A stretch of DNA of 32,000 bases from Thermoproteus tenax Kra 1 (GTDB taxonomy: Archaea > Thermoproteota > Thermoprotei > Thermoproteales > Thermoproteaceae): the NCBI RefSeq assembly GCF_000253055.1, contig NC_016070.1, positions 1,800,001 through 1,832,000 of the forward strand, given 5' to 3'. The translations under genes were made by a program, and so were the position numbers. The notes beneath the pieces are model-generated. The model had not been told where the DNA came from, searched no databases, and saw only the letters and a program-made list of their open reading frames with translations. Shown here one piece after another: positions 15,122-23,556 of this stretch; within the stretch, counting starts at the first letter, position 1, and the number at the start of each line of letters is the position of its first letter.

Positions 15122-15867
15122 GGAGGGAGCTGTTGATCCTCTCCGCCTGTATAGTGGAGTTGTATGGCATAGTAGAGCCTATCGATGCCCGTGCCACTGA
15201 GCGCCGACACAAACACTGCGTCTCCGAGGCCCCCCGCTGCCGAGACCGCCTTGATGATATCTCGTTCCAACGAGCCCAACTGTAGAGAGTCTGCCAACAT
15301 CTCAGCATCGCTGATCCAGTCGTTTATCCTCTCTATTTGTTCCTCGCCCAATAAATCCATTTTATTGACTGCGAATATCTGCGGTAACTTGAACCTTATC
15401 CTCGCCGATATGGCCAACAGCGCAGTGCTTGCAAAGCCCTCTGGCGTCTGCATGTATGTTCCATCGCCTACGTACACGACCACATTGTGGGTGTCGGAGA
15501 GCCTCCTCACGAGGTAGGGGCCGCTCTCTCTAAAGGCGAACAGCTCCATTTGGCCTGGAGTATCCACTAATACCACCGGGGCGCCTACCGCGTTTATCTC
15601 CTCCTTTATTCTCTCGCCCTCGGCCACAGCCATGTCGATCGAGGCGATGATGGAGGCGTTGGGGCCCAACTTGAACTGTCTCATAATCTTCCGGGCGTTT
15701 ATCTTGTCGCGTATATCTACGTCGGGCACATATGGGAGATACTCGGCTGCTGGGTCTAGATTTACCACAGCTACATCGTACCCTTGTTCGTCCATCCAGT
15801 TATAGAGCGCCGATACTAATGTCGACTTTCCGCTCCCCGCGGTCCCTATAAAGAAGACCATTAACAT
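15118..15867 (-). CDS. GPN-loop GTPase
   Basis: It has the P-loop GTAGSGKST, NLDPAAE, the eponymous GPN (FKLGPNASI), DTPGQ and NKMDL. Confidence 0.85.
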   Translation of the reverse strand: MLMVFFIGTAGSGKSTLVSALYNWMDEQGYDVAVVNLDPAAEYLPYVPDVDIRDKINARKIMRQFKLGPNASIIASIDMAVAEGERIKEEINAVGAPVVLVDTPGQMELFAFRESGPYLVRRLSDTHNVVVYVGDGTYMQTPEGFASTALLAISARIRFKLPQIFAVNKMDLLGEEQIERINDWISDAEMLADSLQLGSLERDIIKAVSAAGGLGDAVFVSALSGTGIDRLYYAIQLHYTGGEDQQLPP

Positions 15868-16154
15868 TACCTCCTCAGATTCGCGATCTCTCTGGCAACT
15901 CTTCTAGCTAGCTCCCTTATATCCTCGGCGTAGACGACGAAGTAGCCCTGACCTCTCTCGTCGTACCACAAGGCGGGGTATTTCTTGTCTTTGTACGCCT
16001 CAAATTTTACGTTCAAGCGCTCTAGAGCTTTGGCCACCTCCTCGAACGTAGGTCGCGGCACGGCAGAGTCCCTTGGGATTATTCTACCGAGCGAGCGAGG
16101 GACCGTTGAGTCTATATATACGAGCCAGAATATCCTCCCCTCCTTTCTCCTCAT
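15867..16154 (-). CDS. srp19: Signal recognition particle protein SRP19
   Basis: A 95 aa ORF. The pattern W.VYID...PRS.GR.IP...AV..P...E...AL..L......K.YP fits archaeal SRP19. Confidence 0.85.
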   Translation of the reverse strand: MRRKEGRIFWLVYIDSTVPRSLGRIIPRDSAVPRPTFEEVAKALERLNVKFEAYKDKKYPALWYDERGQGYFVVYAEDIRELARRVAREIANLRR

Positions 16155-16549
16155 TCAACGAGTACTGCGTTGATAACTCCGTGTTGGCCCGGTCTCGAGA
16201 CTACTACGGCTCTGCCCACCTCCGTCTGAATTATAGCGCCCTTAACTATCTGGTTCTTCTTGGCGAAGTCAGGGTTGGCGGGAGTTGAGACGACAGAGAC
16301 TATCTTGGCTTTGACCATCCTCTTCTCCTTAGGTATATAGACGTTGGCATACTGGGCCGACTTAAGTCTGATCTTCATATTGCCCCCGGCGACTCTCTCC
16401 ACTTGGATCTGCTGGGGACCCACCTCTGGCACTTTCGGCGGGCCGCCACAGAGGGCCTTGCGCTTCACCTTGGCCACTCTCCCCTTGACGCCGCCGCTGG
16501 GCTTTCTTAGATCATTGCCCTGATAGTAAGCCGCCGATTTCACAAGCAC
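16151..16549 (-). CDS. rps8e: 30S ribosomal protein S8e
   Basis: It contains YQGNDLRKPSGG...KRKALCGGPP...TPANPDFAKKNQIVKGAIIQTE.G.A.V.SRPGQ.G..NAVL. The start is GTG. Confidence 0.9.
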   Translation of the reverse strand: MLVKSAAYYQGNDLRKPSGGVKGRVAKVKRKALCGGPPKVPEVGPQQIQVERVAGGNMKIRLKSAQYANVYIPKEKRMVKAKIVSVVSTPANPDFAKKNQIVKGAIIQTEVGRAVVVSRPGQHGVINAVLVE

Positions 16550-16598
16550 CCGATAAGACCAAGTTAAAAATTTTGAGCCAATGCGTCCGATAAAGACG

Positions 16599-17501
16599 CT
16601 ATATCGAGATCTCTATATAGAGTCTCTTGCCCAACTCATTTAAAAGCTCTCTGATAGGAGTCTCCGTGGACTCCGCCGCCCTTGCCACATCCTTCTGAGT
16701 CACTTCCAGACCGGCTATGAAACAGGCATAATAGACGGCTACGGCCGCCAAGGCCTGCGGCTTCCTGCCGTTCCTTATACGCGGCGACGACATGATATAT
16801 TTCAAGAGATCCGAGGCTATCTTCTGGACCTGCGCAGCGATCTCTCCGTCGAGTTTCAACGCCGAGACTATGCGCGGCAAGTAGACTCTCGGGTCAACTC
16901 TGGGAACTTTCTCTCCAAGTTTGGACATATATTTTAGAAACTCCATGTAGGCCGACATAAACCGGCTTCTGTCCAGACCCGCCTTCTCTATCAGAGATCT
17001 GTAGGTCACTGCGCCCAGCCCATGGCGCTTCACTGCGAAGTAGAGCGCTGCGGCATATCCCTCCCTCCTCGACGCTTTATAGCCGGCGTCGTACGCCTTT
17101 CTATATAGCGCAATGGCCTCGTCTACAAGCGCCCTCGGTATTCCCAAAATATGTCTCAGCGATTCGTAGAACTCCCTCATCTCCGCCTCCAACCTCTCCG
17201 AGGGAGAGGGGATAGGCTTGACTGCCTCCCTGAGCTTAATGGCGCGGAGTTTGTCGCTCAGCTTGGGCTTGCCCACTTTAATATCGCCTAGCTCGGTGCC
17301 AGATGTGCCAACGAAGGCGCGGGACGACTCAGGCCTCCTCCACTCAGGGCCTAGATCCACTACGTTCTCCCTAATTACGGCGCCGCACTCTGTACAGACT
17401 ATAGAGCCTCTCTCGTCATCTATCTTTACCTTATTTACGGCGCCGCACACCGGGCATATTAGATCCTGCTCTGCCAAATCGGCTAGTATTCGCCTAGTCA
17501 T
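16599..17501 (-). CDS. tfb: Transcription initiation factor IIB (TFB)
   Basis: It has an N-terminal zinc ribbon (CPVCG...CTECG) followed by two cyclin-like repeats, and is 300 aa. Confidence 0.9.
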   Translation of the reverse strand: MTRRILADLAEQDLICPVCGAVNKVKIDDERGSIVCTECGAVIRENVVDLGPEWRRPESSRAFVGTSGTELGDIKVGKPKLSDKLRAIKLREAVKPIPSPSERLEAEMREFYESLRHILGIPRALVDEAIALYRKAYDAGYKASRREGYAAALYFAVKRHGLGAVTYRSLIEKAGLDRSRFMSAYMEFLKYMSKLGEKVPRVDPRVYLPRIVSALKLDGEIAAQVQKIASDLLKYIMSSPRIRNGRKPQALAAVAVYYACFIAGLEVTQKDVARAAESTETPIRELLNELGKRLYIEISI

Positions 17502-17752
17502 TTTCTCCTACCTCTTTTGGCTACGTCGCTCTCCTTTACATATATACTTTGTCCCAACAGCGATTGGTCTATTGAGACCGGCCTCACTAGGCCGTAAGGG
17601 CTGTCTACTCTCCCGATTACGTCATAGATTGTGCCGACCCTCTTCATAGAGTAAGTGTATACTGGAATATATAATGGGGGGACTGTAGATAATTTTACAA
17701 CCAGATTCTTTAGATTAGTATAATGGTGAGCAATACCAATACGTCTGAGCAT
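17498..17752 (-). CDS. gar1: H/ACA RNP component Gar1
   Basis: An 84 aa ORF. LRRIGIAHHYTNLKNLVVKL...VGTIYDVIGRVDSPYGLVRP parallels archaeal Gar1 (KRLGKVLHY...VG.V.DVFGPV..PY..IKP). It has a 4-nt overlap with tfb, a conserved pairing. The TATA is at 17770-17781. Confidence 0.7.
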   Translation of the reverse strand: MLRRIGIAHHYTNLKNLVVKLSTVPPLYIPVYTYSMKRVGTIYDVIGRVDSPYGLVRPVSIDQSLLGQSIYVKESDVAKRGRRK

Positions 17753-17844
17753 AGTGTCTATAGCCGCGCGTTTATTAAAGGTTCCCCCCTAATTGTGATA
17801 TCTTCTGTGTTATCCATCCTCCGCAGAACCACGACGTACGCCCT

Positions 17845-17882
17845 CCTTTATAACCGAAGGCCTCGCCCTTAGGGCGGGGAGT
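17845..17882 (-). repeat. Hairpin-family copy C (CCTCGCCC-TTA-GGGCGGGG plus a tail on the minus strand)
   Basis: An 8-bp hairpin spans 17861-17879. The minus-strand continuation CCTTCGGTTATAAAGG resembles the CTTTCT(G/A)TTGTAA tails of copies B and D. Confidence 0.35.
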
Positions 17883-17938
17883 GCGGGTCATGCCGCTAGG
17901 ATCCCCTTAGATATTTTTATTAATGGTCAATTGACTCC

Positions 17939-18388
17939 GTGGGCGAGGAAGTCGCTAATGAGGACGAGACTCTGACGGAGATTGAAATACAGATACTCCA
18001 GGGCATCGAACGCCTCGGCGGAAGCTATCAACAGAGGAATCTATGGAAGTACATAGGCATTGATAGTAAGACAGGTTTGCCCATATTGAGCAGGCTTGAG
18101 AAGAGAGGTTTGATAAAAAAGGAGAGAGTTGGAGGCGAGAGGAGGGGGGTCTACGTGATCAAGCTCACGGAGAAAGCGTATAAACTGCTGTCTGAGCTAA
18201 GGGAGAAGGCCGAGGAGGGCGGTGGTCCCGCCGTTGAGAGACTCAGCGAGGAGCTCAGAATTCTCCTCTCGATACCGTGTACCGTCTGTCCCTATATAGA
18301 TCGGTGTGGCTTCGGCTTCATAGACCCCTTACATTGTGACCTATTAACAAGGTGGTCTCTGTCGCTACAAAATGAGCGAGCCTATTAG
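17939..18388 (+). CDS. Winged-helix transcriptional regulator with a C-terminal Cys cluster
   Basis: A 149 aa ORF with a GTG start. The wHTH reads LWKYIGIDSKTGLPILSRLEKRGLIKKERV. The C-terminus reads CTVCPYIDRCGFGFIDPLHC. The TATA is at 17909-17924. Confidence 0.5.
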   Translation: MGEEVANEDETLTEIEIQILQGIERLGGSYQQRNLWKYIGIDSKTGLPILSRLEKRGLIKKERVGGERRGVYVIKLTEKAYKLLSELREKAEEGGGPAVERLSEELRILLSIPCTVCPYIDRCGFGFIDPLHCDLLTRWSLSLQNERAY

Positions 18389-18935
18389 ATCTTTTATAGC
18401 AGTCGACGTAACCGCCAAGGCCGTTATAGAGGCCGTATCGAGGCTACAGAGAGAGCTTTTGAGCACGGGGGCCGATCTGAAGCCAGTGGAGCTCCACAAC
18501 CTTCATTTGACTCTCATCTTCTTGGGGGAACAGCCCAAGCGGACATTAGACGAAGTAGCGAAAAAGTTGGAGCAATTAAACTTTAGGAGGTTCGAGGTAG
18601 AGTTCAGAGGCGTCGGAGCGTTCCCTAACTCGTCGAGCCCGCGCGTGATATGGGTGGACGTAGGCAGAGGCCGCCGGGAGCTCGTCGACTTGGCGCACGC
18701 GGTGAGAGAGCTTGTGAGAGATATAGCGAGGGAGGACGAGGAATTCACGCCGCATTTAACCATCGCTAGGGTTAAGGGGCCGAGAAACAAGGAGAAACTG
18801 GCCGAGATGATAGGTAGACACAGCTCGGACGTATTCGGAGCTGTCGAGGTCTCTGAGGTCAAGCTCAAGAGATCCATCTTAACGCCGCGGGGTCCCATCT
18901 ATAGCGATCTATACGTGAAAAGGCTGTCCGCGTGA
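18372..18935 (+). CDS. thpR: RNA 2',3'-cyclic phosphodiesterase (2H family, LigT/ThpR)
   Basis: It has two HxTx motifs, HLTLIFLG and HLTIARV. Confidence 0.85.
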   Translation: MSEPIRSFIAVDVTAKAVIEAVSRLQRELLSTGADLKPVELHNLHLTLIFLGEQPKRTLDEVAKKLEQLNFRRFEVEFRGVGAFPNSSSPRVIWVDVGRGRRELVDLAHAVRELVRDIAREDEEFTPHLTIARVKGPRNKEKLAEMIGRHSSDVFGAVEVSEVKLKRSILTPRGPIYSDLYVKRLSA

Positions 18936-20224
18936 TGACTATAGAGGAAGTCCTCAGAGAGGCGTCTGCGCTTGTGACGCCCGGGCCCGAGTTGGCCAAG
19001 GAGGCTAGGGAGATCTCGACTCGCTTCACAGAGTACGTGGAGAGCTTGTTGTTGAGACTCGGCATTGAGGGAGAGGTGAAGCCCCTGGGCTCCTCCGCTA
19101 GGGACACATGGCTACCTGAGAGCGCCGATGTTGATATATTTATAATTCTACCCAGGAGGTACGAGAGAGGGCTCATAGACGCCTTGGTTGAAAAAATAAA
19201 GGCTGAGATGCTCAGAGACGGCATAGTCGCTGAGACAAGATATGCAGAACATCCCTATGTTGTCGTCCGCGAGGGCAGATGGGAAGTCGACGTAGTCCCA
19301 TGCTTTCAGATCTCGCCCGGCGAGAGGCCTCTCACAGCTGCGGACAGATCCCCGCTCCATCACGCATATCTCTCCGCGAGGCTCGACGAACGGCTGAGGC
19401 TGGAGGTAAGGCTGTTGAAGAGGTTCTTAAAGACCATTGGCGTCTACGGAGCCGAGGTGAAAGTGGAGGGATTCTCCGGCTATCTGGCTGAGCTCTTGAC
19501 TGTACACTTCGGGTCCTTCATTTCAGTTTTGAAGAACGCCGCGACTTGGAGGCCCTACCGAACGGTGATAGATCCAGCGGGCCACTACGGGGATCCCCGC
19601 GAGCTTCGGAGAAAGTTCAAGAGTCCCCTCGTCGTAGTAGATCCAGTAGATCCCAATAGGAATGTGGCCGCGGCGGTTTCCTTGACATCGTTTTCCACCT
19701 TCGTGCTTGCCGCCAGAAGGTTCCTCAAGAGCCCCTCTCTGTCCTATTTTGTCCCAAGGCGTAGCGACAGCTACGTGCCAGTGCCAGCCTTGGTGATCAG
19801 GTTTGAATATCCGCATAAATCGCCTGACGTCGTCTGGGGCATGTTTAAACGGTATGCAAGAGCGCTCGCCAACAAGCTAGAGGAGTGCGGATTCAAAGTG
19901 ATGAGGGTTGGCGTTGATAGCGATGAGAGGACGTACGTGGACGTGGCTTTACTCCTCGAGTCGCTTCGCTTGCCGGAGTTCGAGCTACATAGAGGCCCTC
20001 CGGCGTACAGCGAGTCGGCGGATAAATTCGTGGAGAAATATCTGGGCCAAGACGTGGTGGGTCCCTTCGTTGAGGGCACGCGCGTGTACGTTATACGTCG
20101 CAGGAAGGTGCAAGATGCCGAGATGTGTATAAAGAAGGCGCTGAAAGAGCTGGGTCTCTCGCCCACTGAGATAAAACTCGGCGTATACCCGCCCCTCTCT
20201 GGAGGGAACCCCTGGATAACTTAA
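18932..20224 (+). CDS. cca: CCA-adding enzyme (archaeal class I tRNA nucleotidyltransferase)
   Basis: It has the GSSARDTWLPESADVDIFI nucleotidyltransferase motif, is 430 aa, and has a 4-nt overlap with thpR. Confidence 0.9.
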   Translation: MMTIEEVLREASALVTPGPELAKEAREISTRFTEYVESLLLRLGIEGEVKPLGSSARDTWLPESADVDIFIILPRRYERGLIDALVEKIKAEMLRDGIVAETRYAEHPYVVVREGRWEVDVVPCFQISPGERPLTAADRSPLHHAYLSARLDERLRLEVRLLKRFLKTIGVYGAEVKVEGFSGYLAELLTVHFGSFISVLKNAATWRPYRTVIDPAGHYGDPRELRRKFKSPLVVVDPVDPNRNVAAAVSLTSFSTFVLAARRFLKSPSLSYFVPRRSDSYVPVPALVIRFEYPHKSPDVVWGMFKRYARALANKLEECGFKVMRVGVDSDERTYVDVALLLESLRLPEFELHRGPPAYSESADKFVEKYLGQDVVGPFVEGTRVYVIRRRKVQDAEMCIKKALKELGLSPTEIKLGVYPPLSGGNPWIT

Positions 20225-20259
20225 AGATTTTGAGGCATGAATTTAAATTTCGAAGAAAA

Positions 20260-20682
20260 ATGAATGCCATGGATGTATACACTTTGAAGTTCTACAAGAG
20301 GGCATCGGACTTCCTCGCGGAGTTAGATAGAGAAATAGCAGATCTGGAGAACTCCACGAGGGCTCTCGGCGCCGAGGTTGAGCAATTGAAATCCGCCGCC
20401 GATAAGTATATGAAGATCCAGAACCTAGTGAAGAAGTTCGGAGGGGGAGAGACGGAGCACCCGCCTGTCGAGGTAACGGGTCTAGGCATATATATAGAGC
20501 CGAGCCCGTCCACGAAGTACAATATCTACGTCCAGTCCTATTCCCATATGCTCGACCTACTCTCTGTACTAAAGAAGGTGAGGGAGGTGGCAGGGGCCGT
20601 GATAAAGGAGGGAGATCTGTCGGAGGCTCCTGTGGCGGTTCAGTTTAAACAGGGAGTGCCCGTCAAGCTAATTATTCTGTAA
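20260..20682 (+). CDS. Hypothetical coiled-coil protein
   Basis: The ORF opens at a TTG at 20230. ATG codons at 20260 and 20269 fit the TATA GAATTTAAATTTC (20238-20250) better. No family recognised. Confidence 0.4.
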   Translation: MNAMDVYTLKFYKRASDFLAELDREIADLENSTRALGAEVEQLKSAADKYMKIQNLVKKFGGGETEHPPVEVTGLGIYIEPSPSTKYNIYVQSYSHMLDLLSVLKKVREVAGAVIKEGDLSEAPVAVQFKQGVPVKLIIL

Positions 20683-21469
20683 GAATTAAACGTCGGAAGG
20701 TTACCCCTCCGACTATTATAGGTGCATTCTTCTCAACGCCTAACCTACGCGCCAATACATCGCATTTTGCGCGGAACAGCAAAAGCGCAGGCTTCCCGAG
20801 GCCCCACTCAAGGTACGCCTCGGCGTTTGCTATGCCCTTGGCTATCAAGAAGCCGCCCTCAAGCCACCTAATAGGCGATATATTGCCGGGCGTCCTCAGC
20901 TGGCTTCCCAGCGGGAGCGAGTCCCCCATTGTGTCTATCTCATACGGCTCAGACCTCACAACGGATGTCACCGATATTCCGTTCCTCTCCAGGGCTTGTA
21001 TAACGACGTAGTCGATCTGAGCCTCGCCCTCGTTGTCAAGGACGTAGAGGACTCTCTCCGGTATCCTCTCCGGTATCTCCTCTATCGCTGGCTCGTCCCA
21101 GATAGCCAGCTCTAGCTTCTTAGGCTTATAACCTAAGACGTTTGAGTCGATTATATTGGCGGCTGCGGCGATGCGCAGAGCCATCTTGAGGTCCCATCCG
21201 CTTGCCTCTAACTTCCTCTCTACGATAGACGCGACCTCCCTCCCTATTTCAACGAGCCTCTTCTTATATTCTGCGTATGGATCTTGTGAGCTCAACAGCC
21301 TGGCCACCTCCCTGAAGCTCTCCGCGAAGGCCTCGCTCCTGCTCCCCTTTTGTATCGCCTCAGAGAGATACGAAAGTAGCTTGGGCAGATTGTGGACGCC
21401 CCCCAGCTTTATTAGATCAGAGGTTCTGGACTGAATAAGGCAGAGCTTGCATTCATTCTCAAGCCACAT
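20672..21469 (-). CDS. DUF89-family metal-dependent phosphatase (damage-control phosphatase type)
   Basis: It has an N-terminal CKLC, DNEGEAQID (the DNxGE..D metal site) and KGIANAE (KGxxNxE). It is 265 aa and overlaps the upstream aminotransferase gene by 11 nt. Confidence 0.75.
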   Translation of the reverse strand: MWLENECKLCLIQSRTSDLIKLGGVHNLPKLLSYLSEAIQKGSRSEAFAESFREVARLLSSQDPYAEYKKRLVEIGREVASIVERKLEASGWDLKMALRIAAAANIIDSNVLGYKPKKLELAIWDEPAIEEIPERIPERVLYVLDNEGEAQIDYVVIQALERNGISVTSVVRSEPYEIDTMGDSLPLGSQLRTPGNISPIRWLEGGFLIAKGIANAEAYLEWGLGKPALLLFRAKCDVLARRLGVEKNAPIIVGGVTFRRLILTE

Positions 21470-22472
21470 TGTTTAGGACTTCGGCGACTTTTAATATATC
21501 CTCCCTTGTGACATCGCCCATAACGCCGACTCTGACGACTTTGTCCTTGTAGGGCCCCATGCCGGCGCTTGCCACATAGCCGGCATCCCTCAGAGACTTA
21601 AGGGCGCTCTTCACATCGTTGACGAAGAACGCGGCAACCGTGTTGCTCCTGAAGCGAGGCTCTGGCACAGGCTTAAGCTTTACAGATCCATAAAGCAGAT
21701 CCATGCGTTCCCTGTGCATTTCGACGTATCTTTCGAGCCCGAGCCCCAAGATGTACTCCAGAGATGCCTCAAGTGCGTAGATCACAGATATGGGGGGCGT
21801 ATAGGGGGTATCTAGAGTTGAGGGGACCTTTAAGTACCCCTTGAGGTCCATGGCCGGAGGGACCCCGCTTCTCGCGGCCGGCTCGGCGTTGAGGAAAAGG
21901 ATCGCCGCGCCGGGGGGCGCCATGAAGGCCTTGTGCGACGCAGTCGCCACCACGTCTATACCCGGGGGCAGAGGCTCCGCAGGCATGCCCGAGACGCTGT
22001 CCACCAACAACAGAGCCCCGTGGCTTTTCACTACGTCGGCCACCTTAGCTAACTGTTTATATGCTATCCCCATGCTGGTCTCGTTGTGGACTAGGGCGAC
22101 AGCCTTAACTTCTCCCATTTTTCTTATCTTGTCGTCGACTTCCTCAGGCTCAGGCGGTCTCTGCACCTCCCACTCATACACCTCGGCGCCTCGAGACCTC
22201 AGAGACGCGGTTAGCCTCTTGCCGAACTCGCCGAATACTATGGACAACACTCTGTCACCTGGATTTACGTAGTTATAGACCATTGTATCAACCGCCAGAG
22301 TGCCTGTGCCGGGCATTATAACCGGGGTGCCCGAATACACCTTCGATATTCTGTCAAGAACGGACTTGAGGCTCTGTTTAAACTCCTCAGATCTGTGGAA
22401 CGCCGGCTGTCTGTACATCGCCTTGATGACGAAGTCGGGGAGCTGTATCGGGCCCGGTGTTAAGTACTTCAT
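21459..22472 (-). CDS. Class V PLP aminotransferase (serine-glyoxylate / phosphoserine aminotransferase type)
   Basis: A 337 aa ORF. The PLP-lysine context is ATASHKAFMAPPG. It has a 4-nt overlap with serA. Confidence 0.8.
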   Translation of the reverse strand: MKYLTPGPIQLPDFVIKAMYRQPAFHRSEEFKQSLKSVLDRISKVYSGTPVIMPGTGTLAVDTMVYNYVNPGDRVLSIVFGEFGKRLTASLRSRGAEVYEWEVQRPPEPEEVDDKIRKMGEVKAVALVHNETSMGIAYKQLAKVADVVKSHGALLLVDSVSGMPAEPLPPGIDVVATASHKAFMAPPGAAILFLNAEPAARSGVPPAMDLKGYLKVPSTLDTPYTPPISVIYALEASLEYILGLGLERYVEMHRERMDLLYGSVKLKPVPEPRFRSNTVAAFFVNDVKSALKSLRDAGYVASAGMGPYKDKVVRVGVMGDVTREDILKVAEVLNNVA

Positions 22473-23386
22473 AGCCTCTTAACTGCCTCAAGTATATTTA
22501 GAGCCAGCTCCTCAGCCAGCCTATCATAGGCCTCGTATGTCTCAGAGCCTACGTGTGGCGTCACCACTATTTTCTCGCTTGCCAACAGCTTGCGTACCGT
22601 CTCGCTCTTTGGGGGCTCCTCCGGCAGTACGTCCAAGCCGACTCCCCACAACCTATCTATATGTTTAGCCAAGGCGTCTATATCGATGACCTCGCCTCTG
22701 CTCGTGTTCACTAGTATAGCCCCGTCTTTGATCAACGACAGCTTCTCGTTGTCGAGGAGTTTATACGTGGCGGGCGTCAACGGGACGTGGACCGAGATCA
22801 CGTCGCTCTCCCTTAATAGCCTCTCCAGAGGGACTTGGGCGGCGCCCATCTTGGCCGCCTCTGCCGACACATCGATAATATCCGACGTCACCACCTTCAT
22901 TCCGAGCGCTAGCCCATATTGGGCGACCGTGCGTCCTATTCTGCCGAACCCTATGACTCCCAGAGTCTTTCCGAAGAGCTCTTTACCTATATACTTCCCC
23001 TTGGGCCAACCGCCGGCTTTTACCTCCTTATCCAACAGAGGTATCCTCCTAGCTACTGCCAGGATAAGGCCGAGAGTCAGCTCGGCGGCGCTCCTAGTGG
23101 GTGCATTGGGCGCGTTGATCACTGCGATGCCGCGCTTGATGGCGTAGTCCACAGCTATGTTATCGAGGCCTACCCCATATCGCGCCACTATCTTGAGCCT
23201 TGTGCCGCGGTCGATGACCTCCTTATCGACCTTGGTCCTGCTCCTCACGACAAGTATTTCGTACCCCTCAATGAGTTTGAGAAGGTCCTCGCGCGAGATG
23301 CCCGGCCTATAGTCCACCTCGATATTCCCCCTCCTGAGGTGTTCCACGAGCTTGTCGCTCGTCTGATCCGCTATCAGGACCCTCAT
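22469..23386 (-). CDS. serA: D-3-phosphoglycerate dehydrogenase / D-2-hydroxyacid dehydrogenase
   Basis: It has GVIGFGRIGRTVA (NAD binding) and catalytic R/E/H blocks (NTSRG...PH.GS.T). The ORF opens at 23398. The ATG at 23386 (MRVLIADQ...) lies 26 nt from the TATA at 23407-23418 and is the more likely start. Confidence 0.85.
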   Translation of the reverse strand: MRVLIADQTSDKLVEHLRRGNIEVDYRPGISREDLLKLIEGYEILVVRSRTKVDKEVIDRGTRLKIVARYGVGLDNIAVDYAIKRGIAVINAPNAPTRSAAELTLGLILAVARRIPLLDKEVKAGGWPKGKYIGKELFGKTLGVIGFGRIGRTVAQYGLALGMKVVTSDIIDVSAEAAKMGAAQVPLERLLRESDVISVHVPLTPATYKLLDNEKLSLIKDGAILVNTSRGEVIDIDALAKHIDRLWGVGLDVLPEEPPKSETVRKLLASEKIVVTPHVGSETYEAYDRLAEELALNILEAVKRL

Positions 23387-23406
23387 TGGCCCCCTCATGA
23401 GGGGGG

Positions 23407-23418
23407 TTTTTAAAAATA
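23407..23418 (-). promoter_or_regulatory. TATA box for serA
   Basis: TTTTTAAAAATA is centred 26 nt upstream of the ATG at 23386. Confidence 0.45.
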
Positions 23419-23438
23419 CGCCGGACTAATGTACAAGT

Positions 23439-23452
23439 CATTTTTAAAATGG
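23439..23452 (+). promoter_or_regulatory. TATA box for the C/D-box sRNA
   Basis: CATTTTTAAAATGG is centred about 27 nt upstream of the C box at 23473. Confidence 0.5.
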
Positions 23453-23472
23453 TGTGCATTAATTCATTAAAT

Positions 23473-23521
23473 GTGATGATATTACGGTCTACTTAACGAT
23501 GACGACGAGACCGACTACTGA
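23473..23521 (+). ncRNA. C/D-box sRNA candidate with canonical architecture
   Basis: It reads GTGATGA(C)-TATTACGGTCTA(12)-CTTA(D')-ACG-ATGACGA(C')-CGAGACCGACTA(12)-CTGA(D), 49 nt in total. That matches the archaeal 7-12-4-3-7-12-4 layout exactly. It has its own TATA at the correct distance. Confidence 0.65.
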
Positions 23522-23556
23522 GTTAAAATATTTTAATGAGTTGAACTATTTCACCG

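Noticed and set aside
17788-17840. C-box-like TGTGATAT followed by 12-nt-spaced elements in the gar1 / wHTH intergenic region
   Set aside because: No D box (CTGA) lies at the expected distance on either strand. A tentative ACA-terminated hairpin on the minus strand has a poor stem and no K-turn.
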